A stretch of 64,000 bases of DNA, from assembly GCF_009834535.1 (NCBI RefSeq), contig NC_045697.1:92072001-92136000 (forward strand). The letters run 5' to 3'. Shown here piece by piece: positions 1 to 13,600 of this stretch. The first letter of the stretch is position 1. Each line of letters begins with the position of its first letter. The translations under genes were made by a program, and so were the position numbers. Source of the stretch: Camelus ferus. Lineage: Eukaryota. The notes below the pieces were generated by a model. It saw nothing but the letters and a program-made list of their open reading frames with translations. It did not search any database and was not told the DNA's origin.

Positions 1-1139
1 ATTGGTGGCACGAGTTTATCACTGTTTCTCTCCTAACTCAAATAAAGCTATTTCAACTTCTGTATAAATATAATCCTTCCTGCTTCAATATGTGAGTAAA
101 AAAAGAGTCTTTTAAGGACAGGCTCAGTGTTTTTCCTTTGGTGTTAAAAATGTTGCAATTATTGGAACAAACAAAGGGACAAACAATATCAGTTGATTAA
201 ATGAGTTTCCTTTTTAAGTTACGAAATCTGTTTCTATCGAGGGACATCTGAAAGAACTAAATGGCTTTTGAATAAAAGGAAAGCCAATTCTCTCTCATTA
301 CATAATTAGGTCGGTGGAGATTTACTCTTTGTTTTGGGTTTCATGGATAATGGGGTACTTTGACCATTATGGAAAATTTGTCTTGAGCTGATGGAAATAT
401 TAATCTATTTTTATACTGATAATAAGTTCAGCTGTTTTGACATTCTGATTGGTAATTAGACAACTTATTCTGAGTACATTAACAGTTATATATAGTATTA
501 CGAAGAAAAGGTGCATTTGTTAAACACTCAGTTTTACATTTCTAAATTTTCCTCTTCAATACCTGGTTTTAGAATTAAAATTTTTTTAGTATAACTGTGT
601 GTGTGTGTTTTAAAAACAAAGATGAAAATTATTAGCTTTACCTGAAGTTTATTTCATAACAGTATCTTTTGTTCTTTTTCACTTCCCTCTTTGAGATCTT
701 ACTACTTCTACTTTATTTATATTTCAGTATTTTTTCAATTAACTTATTAGTTCATAATTCTTGACTTCCTTAACTTCTAAAACTTTCCTCAGCTCTACTA
801 GTGTGTTTCAGCCAATCACAAGTAGGGTTACTTCCCAGGTCTGTCAATATTTAACATGATTTCATGTACTTGGCCTTAAACTTTGAAACCCCTTTCTCTG
901 ACCACAGCCTTTTATTTGCACACTCAATCAGCTGCTGCCTTCAACTGAACATGTGTTTTGCCCTTAAGTTCAACTCTTGCCTTTTACTGATCATCCTAGG
1001 GTAGAGTCTCCCACTGGTCATTCTTCCCCTAAACCACATCCCAGTCTTTTTTACTTCTGAACTCACAAATACATTAAAATTCAACCAAATTGTCTGCTTT
1101 TGGTTGTAAGTTCCACCATTTGCCACGCTGTTGTCTTAG

Positions 1140-1292
1140 TCAAGTTAGTTAATTTTTCAGTCTCCCAGTATACCTGCCAGGTGGGAAGTATAAAGTACCT
1201 CTCTCCTAGGCTTGCTGTGAAGATTAAATGAGATTACATGTGTTAGGGGGGAGCAGTGCCTGGAGCATACTGCCAAATACTACTGATATTAT
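1140..1292 (+). mobile_element. MIR SINE fragment
   Basis: MIR core-like 'gcttgctgtgaagattaaatgagattacatgtg...cagtgcctgg'; recalled consensus. Confidence 0.7.
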
Positions 1293-1456
1293 TTTATCCC
1301 TTAACTATGATCTTGACAGGTCACAAACTTGAATAAATTCTGCTGCCCATTTTCTTATTACTTATGAATCACTGAATATTGTTGCAGTGTGATCTTGTAC
1401 TTTACCTCTACTATAAGGTATTGTTAAAATGTTGTATAATATTATGTATTTTTATA

Positions 1457-1563
1457 GAGGATGACTATAGATCATGTTTATCATCCAAAACTGGGACACA
1501 TTTAGGGAGAAAAGAAGCTGCTATTAGCATTACACTGATTCTGTCTTGAGCAGTGTCATCCTA
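1457..1563. mobile_element. MER81-like hAT-Blackjack MITE
   Basis: Inverted ends gaggatgac...gtcatccta, internal 'tttatcatccaaaactgggacac', degenerate 8-bp flanks tttttata/ttgttatg. Confidence 0.65.
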
Positions 1564-1631
1564 TTGTTATGTGAGCAAAATTGGCTGAAAATATGCTTCA
1601 TAGTCTATTTTTTGCAATTTCTGTTACCTAC

Positions 1632-2150
1632 TGTTGGGGAGGAAAAATAATTTTTCCTCTACCCTTCTAGGTTCTTGGCTGAGACATCCCCTGTGATAAA
1701 CAAGAGATTAACAGCAGAAAAACAAATTTATTAAGTATATACTGGAGGCCCAAAAGATGAGAGCCTCTGACAGCTAGGCTATTGAGGTTTATATGCCATC
1801 CTGAGCAAAGGAGAAGAGGCTAGGGGAATTTCAAAAGAGGAAAGGAAGACAATTCACAGTAAGCAAATAATCGTCAAGCCATGCAGAGACAAAGGGGCAC
1901 TGAGAGAAAGGTGGAGAAGCAGGCCTTGCTACGTTCCCTGAAGTTTATTACACTTAGCTCATACTTTTTGCAGTTATCTATGATAATAGCTGTTTTCTTG
2001 CTATAGGCACTGTATCTTAATTCTTTTAGGTGTTTAAGGAAGAGGTAAAGAAAGCTTCCTGAGTTTGCTATCTCTTACAAATAATCAGTCTAAAATAATC
2101 CTTATGCCAAAAGAGACATATTTTGGGGTGACAAAATTTGTTCTCATACA
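1632..2150 (-). mobile_element. Solo ERV1 LTR, MER34-like
   Basis: TG...CA termini, 519 bp; right end 'aaataatccttatgccaaaagagacatattttggggtg' is the reverse complement of the recalled MER34-type 5' end. Confidence 0.7.
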
Positions 2151-2419
2151 CCATCTTTTTTTTTTTTCCTTTTAAATTAAAGAGGATGCGGGCAATATGG
2201 CTGTTCAGGTAATTGCAATGGAACAAACAGGTAGTTGCAATGGAAGTGAAAGAGTTCATAGTGATCACATAGTGGTGAAGCCCCAGGGAGAGTTTGTTAG
2301 TGGAATCTTACCTACACTGCCTGTAGAATGTTCTCTTCTAACATGATCTTAATAGAGCTCTAGTCCATAATATGTGCTGTGAACCTATCCACTTTACCTC
2401 CTGATGTTTTGGTGATAAA

Positions 2420-3250
2420 AGCCATCACTGTTTTCAGAATGTGGTCTCAGTCACTCTGCAGTCACTATATTGTATCCATTTTGTCTGACCCCTTAGTCAC
2501 ATCTTCACCTCCCTCCAGTTTACATCTTTAATCCTCCCACTTCTCTGGTCATTTCTACTTGATTTACAAACATATTCAAGTTTTCTCTATCTTAAAAAGA
2601 TATTCAAATTTTTATTCTTTATTTTTGTACAGTCTAGTGTCATACCTTGGGAGAGTAGCCCATGTTCATTGTCTCCACTACTTCATTTTTTTCTCACTCT
2701 TCGACCATTTACAAACTGGCTGCAGATCTTACTATCTTAGTCCAGTTCAAATTCTTCAGTTTTCATCCAACTCAACATTTACTGAACATTCATTGTGGTT
2801 GGTGACATTGAACATTAGTTGTATGGGAAAGACCCTCCTCACCTCATTCTTGGATTGTGTAAATTTGAATTTATCTTTTTCCTCTAACCTATATTTTTTC
2901 CCCCTTCTCCCCCCTACGACTTGTTATATCTTCCATTCTTAGACATTCAGAGCTTGTCATTCTCTTCTGTATTTTTCTCTTAGTAAGGTCAACTATGTCA
3001 GTGATAAGTACTAACTTCATTCAAGTGAATCTAGTTCTGTTTTTCTGGTCCCAGTCTCTCCACTGAGATCCAAACTACTGAAAGTCACTACTTTGATATC
3101 CTGCTACTTCCTATTTGTCCAATTCAAAATGGCTCTTATAAACTTCATTCTCTGGGTTTTAAATTCAAATAAATGGCATCATTATTTACTTTGCCATTTA
3201 GCTTCTCAACTTGTCATTGTTAATTCTTCCTGTCATTCAATGTATCTCAC
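2420..3250 (+). mobile_element. L2 LINE fragment(s), heavily decayed
   Basis: Pyrimidine-rich L2-like sequence, e.g. 'cccagtctctccactgagatccaaact'. Confidence 0.5.
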
Positions 3251-3291
3251 ATTGCTTTTGTTACCAAATTATTCATTTATTAATTTACCAT

Positions 3292-4340
3292 CCATTCATT
3301 CAACAAATATTTATTGAATATTTCTTTTTTTAATTAAGGGTGATACAATGAAAAATGAGAAAAAGTTTCTGGACTCATGTAACTTTCATTCTAGTGGAGA
3401 GAAGACAAACAATAAACTAATAAATGATTATATAAAGGCTTATTTTGGATAGTGAAATCTACTGCAAAGAAATTAAGACTTGTAAATATGTTAGGGAGTG
3501 GCTGGAATGATGATTTAGATGATCAGGGAACATTTCATTAAGTAGATGACTCTGCAGCTGAGATCCAAGTGATTCAAAAAAGGCAGGCACATGAAGATCA
3601 GAAGGAAGAGTATTCCAGGGAAAAAATACACAGTATAAAGTCCTCAGTTTGGGACCAGACACTGCATTGTAGGAGCAGGAGAGAGAATATGGCTAAGTCC
3701 TCACAAGCCAGTGTTAAAAAGGTTTGCAATGTGGACATGACTGAAGTCAAGAAACATCTTTTAGGTCTTAATTAGAATTGTTGACAAAGAGGTGTTATGA
3801 TCTCATTTATGCTTTAAAAAGATGACTCTGGGTTCTTATATAGAGAATGGACTATAAGCTAACAAAGAAGCTAGGAGACATTTGAAGCAGTTCAGTTGAT
3901 AGCTGATGATGGCTTGGCTTAGAGTGGTTACCAGTAAAGATGATTTTTTGGATATGTTTTAGAGTTAGTGTTCACATGTCAAGAAAGACATGTAATGGGC
4001 TCAGTGATTATGACTTTTACCAAGATGAGAAAGACTAGGGAAGGAAACGATTAACTGAATTCAATTCAGTTTTAGATAATTATTACGTATGAAAATGTTA
4101 ACGCTAAGTAGGCAGCTAACTTAACCTGGGGCCCAGTGGAATGTTCAGACATAGGAAAGAGGAAAGTGTGGTATCATGGAAGCCAAGAGAATAGTGTTTT
4201 CTGTGAATTCAATGCTGTTAATAAGTCAAATAAATTAGGTGGGAACAGATCTGTGATTGCTGTATTGGACAACATAGAAGTAATATGCTACTTTCCTGTT
4301 TCAGCAGACTAGTGGCCGAAGAAGCCTAACTGGAGGGGGT
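3292..4340 (-). mobile_element. L2 LINE 3' fragment
   Basis: Starts with the reverse-complemented L2 tail 'cattcattcaacaaatatttattga' followed by typical L2 body. Confidence 0.75.
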
Positions 4341-4343
4341 AAA

Positions 4344-4990
4344 TGTAGTGTAAGTACCTGATGTTAAGCTTTTGAGTCCTGAGGCATCCATTTTAAAGAT
4401 ATCCTCTCAAATAAAGATACTGCCAGCTGCATGACACAGCTACTAGTAAAAGAACTAGATAAGAAATCAGGCTGCCCCACTCATGAAATTTCCCTTTCAG
4501 AAAGCCCTGGCTTACCTAGATAAATGACCACTTGAATGATCCTACATTTTCCTTCCTGTGCTTTAGTTCTTACTCTTACGCTTTACGAATAAAGAGTGAA
4601 CCCATGAAACTTTAGGCCCACTCTCATATTCCAATAAAGGCAGAAACCAGGTCCCCTCACTCTGTCTCTTCCCATGACCTCACTGTGTGGTCCCTGGAAT
4701 GTCATGTACCCGTCAAGACTTGTGAATAGTATATCTTTTTTTTCCCCCAAATTTCCATGATAGTTGTTGCTAAGGTGTGTTCTGTAATCATAAGAACCAC
4801 AAGAGCTTACACAACATTGTAAAATGACTATAACTCAATTTTTAAAATGTTAAAAAAAAAAAAGAGCCATAAGGGCTTGTCTCTGGATGGGGAAATGTCT
4901 GTGGAGTTGGCCACAGGTAATAGGGGCCCAGGTAAATGCCCCCAGGCATTTCTAGCATCATTCTCAATAGACTGGAACCAAGACAAAACA
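4344..4990 (+). mobile_element. LTR-like element interrupted by a tiny L1
   Basis: tgt...aca ends, internal AATAAA motifs, ~580 bp without the insert; family not identified. Confidence 0.45.
4807..4861 (+). mobile_element. Extremely 5'-truncated young L1 (about 45 nt plus A tail)
   Basis: 'acacaacattgtaaaatgactataactcaa...aaaatgttaaaa' matches the reverse complement of the L1 3' terminus at ~10325-10368 in this window; flanks aagaaccacaagagc (4792-4806) and aagagccataagggc (4862-4876). Confidence 0.85.
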
Positions 4991-7282
4991 GAAAGTCTAT
5001 AGGGAGAAATTGGAAGCTACAGATTTTATATCAAAATGGCCCTGCCTAACATTTCCTCTTCCTGCTTATCATTACCATTTCCTCTGCCCTACTTCATGCA
5101 CTGTTGTTTATCATTTGAATCTTTGAAATAATTGCTGGATTACTTTCTGCTTATGAAGGTTATGCCTCCCCTGTACAGAATGGCTCTTCGTTGACTGGAG
5201 TCATCTTAAAAGTGTGGCAGACTATCAATTGTCCAATGGAGATTTGATAATTTTCTGTGAATATAAAGAGATGAAACCTTTTGTCCACATATATTTCATA
5301 CATTTGAAGTTTGAGGTTAACTGCTTTTCACAGAAATTCTATTACATCCATAATAATTATTAAGTTTTTTAATAATGGACTGTAAGTATTGTACTGAGTA
5401 GTTGATCTAGGCTAACATTCATTTAAAGGCAGTAATTTGTCTTGACTAAGGTATTTTCATATAAATTGTGTTTTATTAATTAAATTTATTAAATTTGCAT
5501 TTATATTGTAGCTGGGATATTGCTTTATTGTATCCCAACTCACAGAAAAGGATCAATAGCTTAGAAGTCACTCACTAAAGCATGAAGGTAGTGATAAAAT
5601 AGGATCACAAATACTACAAAATACAATAAAGTCATAAATATAAACATTGACCAGGACTTATATTAAAATGTTGAGTGTGAATTTGTTCTCAGAACAAAAC
5701 TTCTGAGCATGTAATGATTTCATAAAGGCAGCAATAAAAGAAAATCGCAAACAGGAATTTCAAAGAAGATCATCTTAAAATAGATTTCTTAATCTGATTA
5801 CCATCTATACTGAGTGGCAGTACCTAACCTGTTTTGAAGTTTTGGCAAATGGCAGCCAAAACTTCATGGCATGGAGGCATCAGTTTATGTGCCAGTTAGA
5901 AATAAAACATAGTGACCTCTGTGGTAAAACAATTGAATTGTATGTGTACAGGATGAAAATCATCATCTTCTGTGTGAAATTAATTAATTAGTTCAAATAG
6001 GAGAGAAGAAAGCAAAACTCAGCTACCAAAGTTTGGCACCCTGAGTTTTAGTCTGGATAATAAAATAATACGAATCATGCAATTTTTAAAAGAGCTTCAC
6101 AAATCCGTTAATGATATATATGATCATGTGAGGGAAAGCAGAACAGACTGTAGAGAAAATGCACTTTTCAACTTATATGGTATGTCTTTGCACAGTATCA
6201 CAAGTATGCACTGTGGATGAACTCTCACCACCCAGTATACGTGCCATTATCATGTTGTTTACCTGTGAAAAGAACATTGATATATAAAGTGCATTTAGTC
6301 TCTGTATATGAGAGAGGTGTTTTCATATATTTTGTTTTGCTTATTATTGAAACAAACATGTTACAGGAGAAGAGGTATTTAATTTTAAGGACTATTTTAT
6401 GAGCTGAATGGAGGCAGCTATACTGCAGTGCCAGTTTATGCATCATCTTATTCTCCAGATAATTTATAACTCTAAAGAAATCCCTGCTAATCTTAATCTG
6501 CAGCTGAATAAAACAGAGAAAACTGTAAATAAGATCAAATTATGATGATGTTGTCTGTATGTTTTTAGTGTGCTCTCTGAAAAAACTGTTAACAAGTCGT
6601 GACTTTGCTTTTCTGTCCTGCTGAACCCAGACTGTGAAAGGTGTAATGATTTTGAAATGAGATTAGGAAACAAACAACAAAAAAGACTTACTTATGACAT
6701 TGAAAATGCCTTTAAACGCTATTCTTGAGATTTTGATTGTCTTGCTCAGTGATTTATTTCAATGATAAATTTAGTAAATTTGGTACATCTAAGGTAGCGA
6801 GAACCTATCACTTTTTGGCCAATATATGTTTATTTTAAAAATTAAGAGTAAATACAAAGCTTTCTTAAGAAGAAAACTATGACGCAAATAGCTAGTTTAC
6901 CAAGAGTTTAGTTCGTCCAGAGCATGGTTTTCTCTACATGTGGATGAAAGAAATTAATGATTTATATTTAAATGTGTATTTATCATATTGATAAATACTG
7001 TAAAAATACCTAAATGCACCCAAAGAATCATCTGGGCACTTATTGCCATAATCTAACTTGAATCACTAAAACTTGAGAATTCGATTGTGATATTTTTTAC
7101 CTTAAAATCTAATGGGGCACTGAAAATAGTCTTAGTTTGGAAATAGTCCACAAATTCTATCCAAATATCTAGTAACCAATTGACAGAATCACCAAAAAGC
7201 TAGCTGCTATTCCCAGCGAATATCATTTATTTAACAGGATCAAAGACTGGAGGGATATTCATTTCCACTAACATAGGCAATA

Positions 7283-7364
7283 TTAGACTGAACCATATGA
7301 AGCCAGTGGTGTTGAACTCTTTTGGACTGACAAAAATGGAAATGTTATATATAGCTCAACCTAA
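7283..7364. mobile_element. MADE2-like mariner MITE
   Basis: ~80 bp imperfect palindrome ttagactgaaccatatgaa...atatagctcaacctaa flanked by TA on both sides. Confidence 0.75.
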
Positions 7365-7379
7365 TATATAATATGAAAA

Positions 7380-8905
7380 TCTTTCAGCTTCCAAACATTT
7401 AGAAATATTGGATAAAACACAGTAAGATACTCTAAAATATATGCTTTAATTAACAAGGGAATAAGAAAAATCCCAAGAAGCTATAAAAATAAAGAAAGCT
7501 GATGATATGTATGAAAAGTAGGAGCTGCAGCTGTGGTTTTTATGGGAGTGTTTGTTGAGCAGGTCATCAGAATGCATGGTTTTTCACACTTCCACAGGGA
7601 GAAGGCACAAGGCTTTGGTTACAAAGGGAATTAGCTGAGACTGCATAAAGTCAGAACCCTTGAACTTCCCACCTAACTTCTTAGTAGAAAGCAATTAAAG
7701 ATTCTGAGGGTTTGTAATCAAATCCTTTTCTTCATAAAGTTTTAGCTTTTAATTTATATTATGGGAGAGGCCAAGGACACCTAAAGCCAACAAATTAATT
7801 CTGTTATTAGTGTGCTAGCACTGAAAGAAACAAATGTGAATGCTTTCTGGAACAAAGCACTCACAATCCAGGTTGTGCCGGGTTCTCAGAGCAAAAGCTG
7901 TTGTGAAGAGGAAGTCACAACCCCAAATAACATGAAATAAGCCATAATAAATAAGAATCAGCATAGACAACAAACAACTAAATTAAACATAGAATTATCA
8001 GTTAATGAAATTATAAGATATAAAAAATAAGTCTGGTGAAACATCTTAAAAAATGAAATATGGAGTTGAAAACACAAGCAAAAAACAAGATGCTATAAAA
8101 ATAATCAGAGCAAAATTTAAAATAAACCAAAAGAACATATAGAAATGAAATCTATAATCCCAAGAAAAAAGCCATAGCAGAGTTAAATGGCAGATTAGAT
8201 AAAGCTGTTGAAAAAGGTGCAAGCTGGAAATGAAGTGAATAAATTATTCAGAATGAATCACAGAGGGTTAAAGGAATAAAATAAAATGAAAGCAAACTCA
8301 GGAAACCTGGAAGAATGAATAAGTAGACCAACATATTTCTAATTAACAAGAAAGAGTGAATACAGAGGGTAGAAAAGAGAGAATACAAAAGACATAACTC
8401 TTGCAAATTTTCTGGAGTTGAAGAGAATCTTGATTTCTCATGTTCATCAATCATGGTGAATCCCAACCAGGATGAATAAAAATAAATCCACATATAGACA
8501 GACTTTAGTGAAATACTGAATAGTCAAGAAAAAGTATGTAATCAAAGTTAAAAAAAGCAATCAGATAAAATATTACTTACAAAGATTAACTTAGTGCTAA
8601 CACCAATAGAAACCAATGAATTGAAAAAGATTAAAATACTAAGAGAATATAATTAGCAACTTAAAATTTTGTATCTAGTCATTAGCTAAAATTTTGTATC
8701 CATATAAACCTATTAAGGAAATGGTAGTTAAGAACATTCTCGGGAAAAAACACCATGAGTTATGAGTGCAAATAAACTCTTACTAAAATGTATACTAAAT
8801 GTTATACTATGAAAAGAATGAAACCAAGTCCAGAAGGAGAGAATAAGATGTAAACAGAAATGGTGAATAAAGAAATAGAAAATAGTGGATTAATTAATCA
8901 AATAT
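7380..8905 (+). mobile_element. Ancient L1M/HAL1-type 5' region and ORF1 remnant
   Basis: A-rich strand with decayed ORF1 coiled-coil-like sequence ('gagttaaatggcagattagataaagctg...'); no open frame. Confidence 0.6.
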
Positions 8906-9051
8906 TGTTTGTCTAGATAAAACAATAATGATGAAGATGATGATGATGAATATGGCCCAGATTCAGAAGGTTCTTAGATCCCACCTCTTCATGGCATCTG
9001 TAACCTGTCATAAGTGGGATGGGGTCTAAGAGAATGATTAACTTTAGTAGC

Positions 9052-9460
9052 TGTCTCGGTTTGGGATCCCAAAGAAGCAAACGGGCAACAGGGATTTGGG
9101 ATTGGCTAGCTGGCATTCTACAAAACAAAAGTAGAGATGTGGCAAATTTAGATAGGAGGCAGTAAAGGGTGCATTTATATTTAAAGTACCACTGTGGGCA
9201 ATTGGAAGTGAATTCATTCTGAGGAACTATAGAAAATGGTGGATAGCATGTGCATCTTAGGTTTATTTACACCTGAAGTGTAAGGAAGCTATGTTTAAAC
9301 ACCAACTCCTGTCAGTCACTGGTTGAGAACTGCTGGATTTGGGGACATTAGTTCTCCAGAACTCCTGCTGCCTTTCATGCACACAAGCAAAACAGTTTCC
9401 ATTGGAGAGAGAAAGCCTTCAGCAAAGACATGCAGATACTGGAATTTGGAAGTGTTTTAA
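9052..9460 (-). mobile_element. ERVL LTR, LTR33-like
   Basis: 'tgtctcggtttgggatcccaaagaagca', 'ccactgtgggcaattgga', 'ccaactcctgtcagtcactggttgag' resemble recalled LTR33. Confidence 0.55.
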
Positions 9461-10613
9461 ACGGGTACCTTATGGGTTGGTAGATATGAGTGGAGTCCTA
9501 AGAATAGTACACCACCAATGAATAGTTTTGGTTTTAATTTTTGAACTAGAGTTCTCTCTTCTTTCTAACTTTTTCCATATAACTAACAGATTACAGTTGG
9601 TCTTAGAATCTAAGCTCTTTTTCCCCCTCTACTTGGTGAGGATTAAGGTTTTTTGTTTTGTTTTTTTATTTTCTGAAAGCAACACTCAAACTATTCTTTA
9701 CTTTATAAGAGAATTCTTTATTTTTATTCTATATTCTTTATTTTATGAGAAGACATGCATTTTTCCAAAGGATACTTTTACCACATGTTGACTTACAGGT
9801 AAGGCTGAGAGGAAGCCCCTCTCCCACTCCTGCCGTTTCCTACAGTCAGCCTGAATCCAGTACCTAACTGCCAGTATGTAGTCTAAAAACAGAAGTCGGA
9901 GGTTAGTGTTCTGATAGTAAGGTGACATACAAAATATAATTTGTAACTCTGGGAATTGCAAACAACTGATTTTGTGAGTTAGTCTTGTATCAACTTCAGA
10001 ATTGGGAAGAAGCTACACACAATGATTCTTTGCCATTTGTTTAGTGATTAGGCTGAGCAGGTGATAAGAAGCTACAGGAAGTCCGGTGAAGTCAGTTATA
10101 GAGTAGCCTTCAGTCAACAAGGAAAATCTGGGTTTGGAGGCTGGTTTGGAGACTTCTTGAGCCTCACAATCAGGGCTTGGAATATAACCAAAAGTGGTAT
10201 TATATTTTTCTTCCAAGAAACGTTATATTAGATTAACAATAAATCATGTTATTTATTTTATCCTAAGATATCCCTTCATTGTATTAGGCTAAGGTTCCAG
10301 AACATTTCCTTGTTTTTATTTTTTTTAACATTTTTTTATTGATTTATAATCATTTTACAATGTTGTGTCAAATTCCAGTGTAGAGCACAAATTTTCAGTT
10401 ATACATGAACATATATATATTCATTATTACATTTTTTTCTCTGCGAGCTACCAAAGGATCTTGTGTATATTTCCCTGTGCTATACAGTATAATCTTGTTT
10501 ATCTATTCTACAATTTTGAAACCCCAGCCTATCTCTTCCCACCCCCTGCCCCCTTGGCAACCACAAGTCTGTATTCTATGTCTATTTCTGTTTTGTATTT
10601 GTGGTTTTTTTTT

Positions 10614-13600
10614 TTAGATTTCACATATGAGCGATTTCATATGGTATTTTTCTTTCTCTTTCTGGTTTACTTCGCTTAGAATGACATTCTTCAGGAGCAT
10701 CCATGTTGCTGCAAATGGCATTATGTTGTTGGTTTTTATGGCTGAGTAGTATTCCATTGTATAAATATACCACTTCTTCTTTATCCAGTCATCTGTTGAT
10801 GGACATTTAGGCTGTTACCATGTCTTGGCTATTGTAAATAGTGCTGCTATGAACATTGGGGTGCAGGTGTCATCCTGAAGTAGGGTTCCTTCTGGATATA
10901 GGCCCAGGAGAAGGATTCCTGGGTCATACGGTAAGTCTATTCTTAGTCTTTTGAGGAATCTCCATACTGTTTTCCACAGTGGCTGCACCAAACTACATTC
11001 CCACCAGCAGTGAAGGAGGGTTCCCTTTTCTCCACAGCCTCTCCAGCATTTGTCATTTGTGGATTTTTGAATGATGGCCATTCTGACTGGTGTGAGGTGA
11101 TACCTCATTGTAGTTTTGATTTGCATTTCTCTGATAATTAGTGATACTTAGCATTTTTTCATGTGTCTGTTGATCATTTGTATGTCTTCCTTGGAGAATT
11201 GCTTGTTTAGGTCTTCTGCCCATTTTTGGATTGGGTTTATTTTTTTCTTATTGAGTCGTATGAGCTGCTTATATATTCTGGAGATCAAGCCTTTGTCGGT
11301 TTCACTTGCAAAAATTTTTTTCCCATTCCGTAGGTTGTCTTTTTGTTTTACTTTTGGTTTCCTTTGCTGTACAGAAGCTTGTAAGTTTCATTAGCTCCCA
11401 TTTGTTTATTCTTGCTTTTATTTCTTCTAGGAGAAAATTTTTGAGATATATGTGAGATAATGTTTTGCCTATATTTTCCTCTAGGAAGTTTATTGTATCT
11501 TGTCTTATGTTTAAGTCTTTGATCCATTTTGAGTTGATTTTGTGTATGGTGTAAGGGAGTGTTCTAGCTTCATTGTTTTACATGCTGCTGTCCATTTTTC
11601 CCAATACCATTTGCTGAAGAGACTGTCTTTATTCTATTGTGTATTCTTGCCTCCTTTGTCGAAGATTAGTTGACCAAAAGTTTGTGGGTTCATTTCTGGG
11701 CTCTCTGTTCTGTTCCATTGGTCTATATGTCTGTTTTTGTACCAGTACCATGCTGTCTTGATGACTGTAGCTCTATAGTATTGTCTGAAGTCTGGGAGAG
11801 TTATTCCTCCAGCCTCTTTCTTTCTCTTCAGTAATGCTTTGGCAATTCTAGATCTTTGATGGTTCCATATAAATTTTATTAGATTTGTTCTAGTTCTGTG
11901 AAATATGTCCTGGGTAATTGGATAGGGATTGCATGAAATCTGTAGATTGCCTTGGGCAGTGTGACCATTTTAACAATATTGATTCTTCCAATCCAAGAGC
12001 ATGGGCTATCTTTCCATTTTTTAAAGTCTTCTTTAATTTCCTTCATCAGTGGTTTATAGTTTCTGTGTATAATTCTTTCACCTCCTTGGTTAGGTTTATT
12101 CCTAGGTATTTTATTACTTAGGGTGCTATTTTAAAGGGGATTGTTTCTTTACTTTCTTTTTCTGTTGATCCATTGTTAGTGTAAAGAAATGCAACTGATT
12201 TTTGAACGTTAATCTTGTAACCTGCTACCTTCCTGAATTCTTCGATCAGCTCTAGAAGTTTTTGTGTTTTTAGGGTTTTTAGGACCTTTTAGGGTTTCCT
12301 ATATATAGTAACATGTTGTCAGCTTATAGTGACACTTTTACCTCTTCTTTTCCAGTTTGGATCCCTTTTATTTCTCTCTCTTGTCTGATTGCTGTGGCTA
12401 GGACTTCCAAGACTATGTTGAATAGAATTGGTGATAGTGGGCATCCTTGTCTTGTCCCAGATTTTAGTGGGAAGCTGTTGAGTTTTTCACCGTTGAGTAC
12501 TATGCTGGCTGTAGGTTTGTCATATATAGCTTTTATGATGTTGACATATGTTCCCTCTATACCCACTTTGGTGAGAGTTTTTATCATAAATGGGTGTTGA
12601 ATTTTATCAAATGCTTTTTCTGCATCGATTGAGATGATCATGTGGTTTTTGTCCTTTCTCTTGTTGATGTGATGTACTACATTGATTGATTTGCATATGT
12701 TGAACCACCCTTTTGTCCCTGGGATGAACTCCACTTGGTCATGATGTATAATCTTTTTTATGTGTTGTTGGATTCTATTTGCTAATATTTTGGTGAGGAT
12801 TTTGGCGGATATGTTCATCAGTGATATTGGTCTATAATTCTCTTTTTTGGTAGTATCTTTGCCTGGTTTTGGTATCAGGGTGATGGTGGCTTCATAGAAT
12901 GAGTTTGGGAGTATTCCCTCCTTTTCAATCTTCTGGAAGAGTTTGAGAAGGACTGGTATGAGTTCTTTTTTGTATGTTTGGTAGAATTCCCTGGTGAAGC
13001 TGCCCGGTCCTGGACTTTTGTTTGTAGGGAGGTTTTTTTATTCCTATTTCGATTTCATTTCTAGTGATTGGTTTGTTCAAGTGGTCAGTTTCCTCTTGAT
13101 TCAGTCTTGGTGGACAGTATGTTTCCAGAAACTTGTCCATCTCCTCTAGGTTATCCAGTTTGGTTCCATATAGGTTTTCACAATATTCTCATATGATAGT
13201 CTGTATTTCTATTGTATTTGTTGTAATTTGTCCATTTTCCTTTCTTATTTTGCTAATTTATGCTCTCTCTTTTTTCTTCTTTGTGAGTTTTGCCGGAGGT
13301 TTCTCGATTTTATTTACTTTTTCAAAAAGCCAGCTTTTGGTTTGGTTGATTTTTTTCTATGACCTTGTTAACCTCTATTTTATTTATTTCCTCCCTAATC
13401 TTTATAATTTCCCTCCTTCTGATGCCTTTTGGAGATTTTTGCTCTTCTTTTTCTAGTTCATTCAGTTGGTGGGTTAAATTATTTATTTGAGATTGTTCTT
13501 CTTTTTTGAGGACGGCTTGTATCGCTGTAAACTTCCGTCTTAGCACTACCTTTGCTGTGTCCCATAAATTTGTGTGGTTGTGCTTTCATTGTCATTTGTC

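Noticed and set aside
7283..7364. Hairpin as a microRNA precursor
   Set aside because: Explained by a decayed mariner MITE; no known mature miRNA recognised.
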